A DNA stretch of 31,069 nucleotides from a virus (taxonomy: Duplodnaviria; Caudoviricetes), in the IMG/VR virus record IMGVR_UViG_3300017716_002761, positions 1 through 31,069 of that record; one strand, 5' to 3'. Below are positions 24,655 through 31,069 of the stretch, one piece after another; the stretch's first letter is position 1, and every line of letters begins with the position of its first letter. Below the pieces are notes generated by a model. It was not told where the DNA came from. It saw only the letters and a list, made by a program, of their open reading frames with translations, and made no database searches. The translations under genes were made by a program, and so were the position numbers.

Positions 24655-25308
24655 TTATAAGAATATTTCTAAAGTACGACCTACATACTTGTTACGATCT
24701 CTAACGAATACTTGTGTATCGCCCTCATCAACGGAAACCATAATAACAATTTGTGGTACAGGTATCTTGTATATCCATTCGAACATCATTGAATAACAAG
24801 TGGATTGAAGGAAATAAGATTCAATCCACTCTTCTTTCTTTTCTTTTCGAGAAGTTTTAAAATCAATAATTGAGTTTACGCCATCATATTGAGCAGCCAA
24901 ATCTGTTCGACCTGCAGCTTTTAATGCTCTGGAGTAAAGTGGCAACTCAACGCCATAGATATTGTCAACGTGGGCTTCAATAATTCCCTTGAGGTTTCTA
25001 TTGAAGGTGTCCACGTTGACTGGCATTTCATTGCGCTTATAATCATCTTCGTTAAGAACCAATCGTTCAGCCATGTTATGAATGGAAGTCCCACGCCTTG
25101 CGGCTTGAGTAGAAATACGGTTGGCTTCTTCATTACCAACACGCTTTCGCCATTCTAACAATCCAGTTTTATCCATTTTCTCACCGAGGATGGTAGTTAC
25201 TGACTTGAAACGATCACCGTTGGGCAGGGCATAATACCTTGTCCCGTTGTCATTAAGCATTGTAAGATCAATTGGCTCAACGAAATTATGATTAAAAGTT
25301 TTACGCAT
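24655..25308 (-). CDS. PD-(D/E)XK exonuclease (Cas4-like fold)
   Basis: SVTTIL, RGTSIH, AGRTD, IIDFKTS and YFLQ. Confidence 0.88.
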   Translation of the reverse strand: MRKTFNHNFVEPIDLTMLNDNGTRYYALPNGDRFKSVTTILGEKMDKTGLLEWRKRVGNEEANRISTQAARRGTSIHNMAERLVLNEDDYKRNEMPVNVDTFNRNLKGIIEAHVDNIYGVELPLYSRALKAAGRTDLAAQYDGVNSIIDFKTSRKEKKEEWIESYFLQSTCYSMMFEWIYKIPVPQIVIMVSVDEGDTQVFVRDRNKYVGRTLEIFL

Positions 25309-26050
25309 TGATCTTCAATCGTTCCTTTTGAATAATATAATCCTTAACCATAGAGCTACGAACAATGTCCTGCTCGTTGAAGTCAATGAACGTAAAAGAT
25401 TTCATACGTTGAATAATTTTCATGAAATCATGTAGTCCATTTTTATCACGGTCAAAGATAAAATCTGACTGGCGGAAGTCGCCACAGAAAACAATTCGGC
25501 AGTTTTTGCCGACGCGAGTAATAACCGAGTCAAGTTCATGTAGTGTCATGTTAGCAATTTCATCGACAATAATGATACAATCGTTGAGTGTGATACCTCT
25601 GATGAAAGAGGTGCTAATGAACTCTACAAGACCCTTGGACTTTAGGTAGTCATAAGAGTCACCACGACCAAACAGCTCTGTACAGATAGCGTAATATGGC
25701 GCCTCATACACTTTAGCCTTTTCTTTTTGAGAGCCTGGAAGGAATCCCATATCACGTGTGGGAACAACACTTCTTACAATAATGACTTTCTTATATGCAC
25801 TGTCTTGACCAAGAATTTGATTTAATCCCAGATACAAAGAAATGAAACTTTTACCTGTTCCGGCAATGCCATGAAGCATAAGGTTTCTGCCATCTTGATA
25901 TGCTTGAAAAGATAGCTTCTGATTTTCAGTTAAAGGAGAGATATGTTTTAGATTGAAATTCAGTTTTTCTGCAGGGGCTGATGTTTGTTTGCCATTCTGC
26001 TGACGGAGGATTCGCTTTTCTTTTCTTGTTAGTCTCTTCGTTTCTTCCAT
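25301..26050 (-). CDS. phoH: PhoH-family ATPase
   Basis: GIAGTGKS, GFLPG, FIRGITL, IIVDE and GDFRQSD. Confidence 0.95.
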   Translation of the reverse strand: MEETKRLTRKEKRILRQQNGKQTSAPAEKLNFNLKHISPLTENQKLSFQAYQDGRNLMLHGIAGTGKSFISLYLGLNQILGQDSAYKKVIIVRSVVPTRDMGFLPGSQKEKAKVYEAPYYAICTELFGRGDSYDYLKSKGLVEFISTSFIRGITLNDCIIIVDEIANMTLHELDSVITRVGKNCRIVFCGDFRQSDFIFDRDKNGLHDFMKIIQRMKSFTFIDFNEQDIVRSSMVKDYIIQKERLKINA

Positions 26051-26059
26051 TGTGCCCTG

Positions 26060-26302
26060 CTAAAATGTGTTAATGGTACTCCTAGAAATACCCCTTTGGT
26101 TTTTCTTCTTAATATCTTTAAGAAGATCTCTGAATCCATTTTCAGGTTTACCCATTCCTCGACCTGAGGAAATGAGAGGGGCGCCATTAACGAGTTGAGT
26201 GATGTGTGGATTAGTTGTCAAATACTCATCTAGAGCAGATATAGACATAAAGTCTATATGCTCCTCACCAGTTTCATTGTTAAGAAATTTATAAGTGGGC
26301 AT
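26060..26302 (-). CDS. Conserved T4-like phage hypothetical protein (FmdB-like N-terminus)
   Basis: MPTYKFLNNETGE; usual position next to phoH. Confidence 0.7.
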   Translation of the reverse strand: MPTYKFLNNETGEEHIDFMSISALDEYLTTNPHITQLVNGAPLISSGRGMGKPENGFRDLLKDIKKKNQRGISRSTINTF

Positions 26303-26538
26303 TAACGGTTCCTGTCTTGAAGTTCTTCGTCGTCCCAGATGTCATCTTCAACATCAAGTGGATCTAACCCTTCTTCATGAATGAGAAGAGTTATGTCTTT
26401 AGTTCTGAGCGCCCGCTCAACTCTACGAGCTTCTCTTTTATTTACCTTAGATCTAGGAACGTCGTAAGCAGATTCTTCTTCATCATAGGAAAAATCGTTT
26501 TTACGAAACTTCTTGAAACCGTTTTTAGACATTAGCAA
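26302..26538 (-). CDS. Hypothetical protein
   Basis: Coupled ORF in the operon; start uncertain. Confidence 0.6.
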   Translation of the reverse strand: MLMSKNGFKKFRKNDFSYDEEESAYDVPRSKVNKREARRVERALRTKDITLLIHEEGLDPLDVEDDIWDDEELQDRNR

Positions 26539-26944
26539 TGAGACCTGGTAGTGCTTCTGTTACGTGGAAAAGAGTGATGCCCTTAACATGCAAACGTTTT
26601 TCTTTGATAGCAAGAAGAAGCTCAGCATCCTTGGGTGATACATTTTCGAGCAACTCGATAAACATAAGTTCACGCTTAGATTGATTGAGAGTTGGATAAA
26701 AACCTTCGATAAAGTAAGTCATCATCCGAGCTTCCCGAATGAGCACACCTTCCTGATCAACAAGTTCATTGGGCTTATAGGGTGGTACGCCTTCTGGTAG
26801 AAGGAACTTGACTGCAGGATCAAAAGCAGCCTGTAGAATTACGCGAAGAGGATAACTATCGTTCGCCTTGATAGCTTCAATCTTCTGTTCAGTTTTCTTG
26901 AGCTTGCTCACCTTTTCGAGAAACTCAGCAATACCGATTTGCAT
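26525..26944 (-). CDS. Conserved T4-like phage hypothetical protein
   Basis: FDP.VKFLLPEG.PPYKP and KRELMFIELLE. Confidence 0.75.
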   Translation of the reverse strand: MQIGIAEFLEKVSKLKKTEQKIEAIKANDSYPLRVILQAAFDPAVKFLLPEGVPPYKPNELVDQEGVLIREARMMTYFIEGFYPTLNQSKRELMFIELLENVSPKDAELLLAIKEKRLHVKGITLFHVTEALPGLIANV

Positions 26945-26946
26945 TT

Positions 26947-27819
26947 TTAAAACTCCGAGATGTTTTCCATAAGATTTTTAAGTCGATTAGCCATAAAATA
27001 ATTCATCAGCTTAGAGCGATCACGATTGCCCTGAGCGTTATATTGTTCCATAACTTTTTCCCGAATATGAATGGGAGTAAAGTTCAGATCAATAAGCTTC
27101 TTGTTACGCATATAGTTACGGAAGAGAGGATGATCAGTCTTTTCATCAAGACCAATAACTTCGAGATCATCAATCTTTTTTTGAGTCAGCGGCTTCTGGC
27201 GTACCCCAAGAACAAAACAATCGTCAGAAGAAAGTACGTTAGGTACGCCATCACCTGAATCCCCCTTGAGGATATGTTCGTAGAGGTACTTATCCGGATT
27301 GTCATGGCTCACCCACTTCTTACGGGTAGGGTCATACTGCTTTACATTCTTGTGAGTGTGAAGCTGAATGAAGTCTTTATCGCCTGACATAATAAGGATA
27401 GGTTCGTCAACACCAAACAATGTTTCTTCCTCAACGCCAAACTCATACACGAGAGTGCCAATGATGTCATCAGCCTCGGCAGCTTCAACATCAATAACAC
27501 GGTAAGGGAAATAGTCTTTAAGATCCTGACGAATCTTATTCAGACATTCGAAAATAGATTTCCAATCCAGCTCAGATGCTGCTTGGCTCTTTTTACGATT
27601 AGCTTTGTAGTAAGGGAAAGCTTGCTTACGCCAGTAGTTGGTGTTGTCACAAGCTATAACCAGCTCACCAAATTCTGCACTGAACTTAGACTTATAAGAA
27701 CGGAGAGAGTTGAGAACCATATGTCTCACCATGTTTTCTTCAATGGTGGCATTCGTATGTTTACCAAGGGACATGAGCATATTAGAAAGCATGACCTGAT
27801 TCAAGTCAACAATAATCAC
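26947..27819 (-). CDS. rnh: T4 RNase H / 5'-3' exonuclease
   Basis: IIVD, YKANR, EADDIIG, SGDKDFIQL and GDSGDGVPN. Confidence 0.95.
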   Translation of the reverse strand: MIIVDLNQVMLSNMLMSLGKHTNATIEENMVRHMVLNSLRSYKSKFSAEFGELVIACDNTNYWRKQAFPYYKANRKKSQAASELDWKSIFECLNKIRQDLKDYFPYRVIDVEAAEADDIIGTLVYEFGVEEETLFGVDEPILIMSGDKDFIQLHTHKNVKQYDPTRKKWVSHDNPDKYLYEHILKGDSGDGVPNVLSSDDCFVLGVRQKPLTQKKIDDLEVIGLDEKTDHPLFRNYMRNKKLIDLNFTPIHIREKVMEQYNAQGNRDRSKLMNYFMANRLKNLMENISEF

Positions 27820-27831
27820 AATTTCACCTGT

Positions 27832-28212
27832 TTAGTTGCTTTCGCTGTTTTTCAACGTTACATTTAGAGAGTCAGCAATTCTGAGTGTATTCGTATCTTC
27901 CCCATCAGGGTAGAAAACATTCTCGGCTATTTGCTGAAAAGGATGGTATAAGTCATAGTGTTTGCATAGTATGGAACGAATGGATTCGATTATGAACGCA
28001 CCATCCTTGATATTATCAGACTCTTCATCGCCAATTTCGAACCCAGCCAAGTCGAGCTGGTTGAAAATCATAGGAGCGATAGTCGAGATAGTTTCCTGTA
28101 CATGATAGTGTCTCATCATATCAGTACTGTGTTTTACCGTCTCGACGCTTAATGGTTCTTCATCAGATAGGTATCTTGATCTAGGAAAAAGAATTACGTT
28201 ATTCGAATCCAT
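27832..28212 (-). CDS. Hypothetical protein
   Basis: ORF downstream of a consensus promoter; NVILFP N-terminus. Confidence 0.7.
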   Translation of the reverse strand: MDSNNVILFPRSRYLSDEEPLSVETVKHSTDMMRHYHVQETISTIAPMIFNQLDLAGFEIGDEESDNIKDGAFIIESIRSILCKHYDLYHPFQQIAENVFYPDGEDTNTLRIADSLNVTLKNSESN

Positions 28213-28238
28213 TATGGGTCCATACTTTTTACATTATT

Positions 28239-28267
28239 ATTATAGCCCGAACGACTATATTTGTCAA
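28239..28267 (-). promoter_or_regulatory. Consensus sigma70 promoter
   Basis: TTGACA-N17-TATAAT on the minus strand. Confidence 0.8.
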
Positions 28268-28283
28268 TCATTGTTATTTAGTT

Positions 28284-29282
28284 TCATGTGGTCTTGTAAA
28301 CGAATTTTTTAGAGGGAAGTTTACGAGACTCTACCGTAGGATAATGTTCTACCAGCTGTTGCATCATGATGTTCCACTGCATAGAAATTTTATCAAGATT
28401 AAAACGATTGTCCGCATACGCCTTAACAAACCTCAGATAATTCTGAGCATCATCGTTAGAGACTACGTTAATCGAGTGTTCCAGATATTCTCTAAACCTG
28501 TTAGCATGCCGATTGACTTCGTCTTCATATTGATACATCGATGTAAGACCACCAGAAGTATCAGGAAGAGCAGCGAGATTAGGATGAACACACATCAGAC
28601 CTGCGGACATAGACTCAATGAGTACTCGACAGCTGGTTTCCTTCCAGATATTAGGATAGGCAAGGATATGAGCTTGTTGAAGATGCTCGCGCAGAACTTC
28701 TTGAGTAGCAAAACCATGATACGTCATGTTAGGGTGTTGAGAAATGCGATCATAGATCGGCTGGAATTGTTTGTCCGCTTCTTCCCAACCATAGATCTTG
28801 AAGCTTGAAAAAACATCAAGGTGAATATTAGGATAACGAGTAGCCAACTCTTCTACTACAGGTACGAGCAGCTCTAAGCCACGTTGTGGTGTAGAAAAGT
28901 AAATCAAACGAATTTTATCGTCAAATGTTTTGCGAACATAAGGGATAGGTTCAATAGGATTCTCGATAACCTGACATACACTATTCATAGGCATGCCTAG
29001 CTTAGTCACGAACTCATTAAGTTGCCAATTTGAAACGAACACCTGCTTATGAAACCGATCGCGACTGTTAACATCTTTAAGATGATAAACTTCAGGATCT
29101 TCTGCTAGATCATGATGCCAGTAAACTCTAACTTTATCTTCTTCAATACTTCTCACTCGAGAAGCAATGATTTGAAATTGATCAGCCAGTGATTCGGGAA
29201 TTAGTTTAGCGATGCTACGCTTAGAAAGTTCTGTGCCACCGAAAGAATTGGTGGAAATTTCGTTTTCTTCAAAACCTGACAT
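28284..29282 (-). CDS. GT-B fold glycosyltransferase (GT4-like)
   Basis: GGTE, FVSNWQ, PQRGLELL and ETSCRVLIE (Ex7E). Confidence 0.85.
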   Translation of the reverse strand: MSGFEENEISTNSFGGTELSKRSIAKLIPESLADQFQIIASRVRSIEEDKVRVYWHHDLAEDPEVYHLKDVNSRDRFHKQVFVSNWQLNEFVTKLGMPMNSVCQVIENPIEPIPYVRKTFDDKIRLIYFSTPQRGLELLVPVVEELATRYPNIHLDVFSSFKIYGWEEADKQFQPIYDRISQHPNMTYHGFATQEVLREHLQQAHILAYPNIWKETSCRVLIESMSAGLMCVHPNLAALPDTSGGLTSMYQYEDEVNRHANRFREYLEHSINVVSNDDAQNYLRFVKAYADNRFNLDKISMQWNIMMQQLVEHYPTVESRKLPSKKFVYKTT

Positions 29283-29296
29283 TATATCTCCATATT

Positions 29297-29324
29297 AAAA
29301 AAGGCGGGCAACTACACCCGCCTT
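29297..29324 (-). terminator. Rho-independent terminator
   Basis: GGCGGG/CCCGCC stem with an A6 run on the + strand. Confidence 0.75.
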
Positions 29325-29332
29325 GTATTTAT

Positions 29333-29716
29333 TCAAGCCTTGCGGACTAAGAAACACTTATTAGAAATATCACAATCAAAATATTGTTTACAAAGATTAA
29401 CAACCGTCTGTGGATGAAATTCCTTACAACTGAATACGTCAAGATAGAACGTATCGTTTTCGTCAACGAAATGAGCACAGATGTTACTGGTTTCAATCAG
29501 CTGAACAAGAGTATAACCTGCTTTGTTACCACTACCGAATTTGACAATTTGAGGCTCGCCATAAGCTACCATGTCAATGTCCTTAACCAATTGCTTGGTA
29601 AACTGATATATATTATTTGGATCAGTAATCATCCAGTGCTCGCAGTTACGAGCGTCAATTATTAGGTGATAACCCCAAGGACCGATTGATTCCATGTCAT
29701 TTGAACTCCATTTCAT
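29333..29716 (-). CDS. speD: S-adenosylmethionine decarboxylase proenzyme
   Basis: GYHLIID, GYTLVQLIETSNICAHF and YLDVFSCKEF; true start may be slightly downstream. Confidence 0.85.
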   Translation of the reverse strand: MKWSSNDMESIGPWGYHLIIDARNCEHWMITDPNNIYQFTKQLVKDIDMVAYGEPQIVKFGSGNKAGYTLVQLIETSNICAHFVDENDTFYLDVFSCKEFHPQTVVNLCKQYFDCDISNKCFLVRKA

Positions 29717-29752
29717 TGATGATAATATACCGCAATAGCGATTGGTTATTTA

Positions 29753-30046
29753 TTAGAAACCGTCTTTTATCTGCACATATTGCACGGAGTCGATACGAAA
29801 CGAACGCCATCCACCTTTTTGTACATCCCATGCTGCGATAGCATCAGTGTTAGTTTTGTGAAAATCTTTTTCTGCAGCTTGTTCGGCGAGTTGTATACGA
29901 TATGATTCAGGCAAAAGATCAGCACGAAGAGTGCACCACATCACACGCTCTTCGCCATTAATCTTAGTGAAGCTAACTTCAATAACATTTTGTCTAAGAT
30001 CATTTAAAATTGTATCACGATCAAGCACCATTCCACTCTCCTTCAC
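29753..30046 (-). CDS. WYL_2/SH3 beta-barrel-like protein
   Basis: VSFTKINGEERVMWCTL and WDVQKGGWRSFR. Confidence 0.75.
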   Translation of the reverse strand: MKESGMVLDRDTILNDLRQNVIEVSFTKINGEERVMWCTLRADLLPESYRIQLAEQAAEKDFHKTNTDAIAAWDVQKGGWRSFRIDSVQYVQIKDGF

Positions 30047-30296
30047 TAAGAAACTTCTGTGTTGAAACAGTTTGTTCCGTCAACATCTTATTTAATTCAG
30101 TAAAGCCACCAATGTTGAATCCATCAACTACAATAACCGGAAAGGTTTGGACGGCTGGAAAAATCTCGAGTAATTGTTCGCGAGTAAAATCTTCATGTAA
30201 CTTCAATTCTTTATAGCTGATACCTCGATTAGTCAGAAGCATTTTTGCTTTAGTGCAGTACACACAGTTTTCGCGTGAGTAAATCGTCACATTCAT
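30021..30296 (-). CDS. Glutaredoxin
   Basis: CVYC, TFP and IGGFTEL. Confidence 0.92.
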   Translation of the reverse strand: MNVTIYSRENCVYCTKAKMLLTNRGISYKELKLHEDFTREQLLEIFPAVQTFPVIVVDGFNIGGFTELNKMLTEQTVSTQKFLSEGEWNGA

Positions 30297-30400
30297 GTAA
30301 GCATGAACTCCCAGTATCTATTAATATCTTCGGGGTTGGTTGGGTCGTAACCCAAAATATACATATCATATTCAACAAGCATTTCAAGATCGCTTTTCAT
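30293..30400 (-). CDS. Small hypothetical protein, 35 aa
   Basis: GAGGAG RBS, MKSDLEMLVEYDMYILGYDP...; ATGA overlap with glutaredoxin. Confidence 0.6.
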   Translation of the reverse strand: MKSDLEMLVEYDMYILGYDPTNPEDINRYWEFMLT

Positions 30401-30439
30401 TTATTACTCCTCATACTAATTATATATCGATCAGTTATA

Positions 30440-31069
30440 TTAGTCAAGCCCTAATTGTTTATCCTTAGAAGATGTAGTATAATCGTTCATCTTATCTAAG
30501 TAGCCACGGTTACGTAGCTCTTTAAAAATTAAATTTTCGAAAGAATATTCTCCACCCTTCTGAATTCCTGCTGTACGCATGTCTTTAAATTTTGCTTTTA
30601 AAGCAGCGAACTCAGCGGGTGAAGCTTTGGTCTTGACCATGTCATCAATCATGTTCATATAGAACTCAACCTTACGACCTAGTTGTGGATCGTCATCAAA
30701 CTTATGTTCTTTGTACTCAGGTTTCTGAATCCAGATATCTTTCATAAGAGAATAGATACCTTGCTCTTCTGGATACTGATCCGTAGGTTCTTGAGCGTAA
30801 GGTTCTAGGTCGTAACCCATAACCTTTACTTTATGTGTTAGTAGCCAAAGAAACTTCTTGTTCTTAAGCCACTCTTCTGTCATCTCAGGTGTTGTCGCGA
30901 TTTTGAGCTTGCTCTTATCGATCATTAAATGAACATCGATATCCGAGTACGGAGTGTAGTTATAATTAGCGTTTCCACCTGTCATGATGACATCTTGAAT
31001 TAATTCACGAGGAATTTTAGCAAATTTCGCCCAAGTATAGCCAAATTCTAGAAGTGTTTTTCTTACTTC
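30440..31069 (-). CDS. Pol-beta superfamily nucleotidyltransferase-like protein (5' end outside window)
   Basis: TGGNANYNY..YSDIDVH (G..DxD); frame is open to the window edge. Confidence 0.72.
   Translation of the reverse strand, partial: EVRKTLLEFGYTWAKFAKIPRELIQDVIMTGGNANYNYTPYSDIDVHLMIDKSKLKIATTPEMTEEWLKNKKFLWLLTHKVKVMGYDLEPYAQEPTDQYPEEQGIYSLMKDIWIQKPEYKEHKFDDDPQLGRKVEFYMNMIDDMVKTKASPAEFAALKAKFKDMRTAGIQKGGEYSFENLIFKELRNRGYLDKMNDYTTSSKDKQLGLD

Noticed and set aside
25301-29716. PhoH and SpeD (and peptide deformylase) as novel auxiliary genes
   Set aside because: All are well known in T4-like phages.

Overview
Segment of a large T4-like (Tevenvirinae-related) myophage genome. The host is most likely an alphaproteobacterium, based on a Rhizobiales-type porin and a tRNA-His with no G-1 but with G1:U72 and A73. 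Left part (+ strand): the end of gp46, peptide deformylase, a DenV-like glycosylase and nucleotide-pool enzymes. These are followed by a TET/JBP-type dioxygenase paired with a glycosyltransferase, both ending in a sliding-clamp-binding-like peptide, and then gp45-gp44-gp62-regA. Middle (about 10.6-20.3 kb): an RNA operon with a sigma70-type promoter, a boxA-like site, two tandem long-stem ncRNAs and 27 tRNA or tRNA-like genes covering all 20 amino acids. It is interspersed with two radical SAM paralogs, a porin and two GIY-YIG homing endonucleases. One endonuclease sits between a broken tRNA-Gly half and an intact, divergent tRNA-Gly. Next is an AT-rich enzyme cluster (NMO-like, PP-loop, DUF2061, 2OG oxygenase, third radical SAM). 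Right part (- strand): exonuclease, PhoH, RNase H, GT-B, SpeD, glutaredoxin and a nucleotidyltransferase. All assignments come from motif recognition and hand folding; no database search was run.
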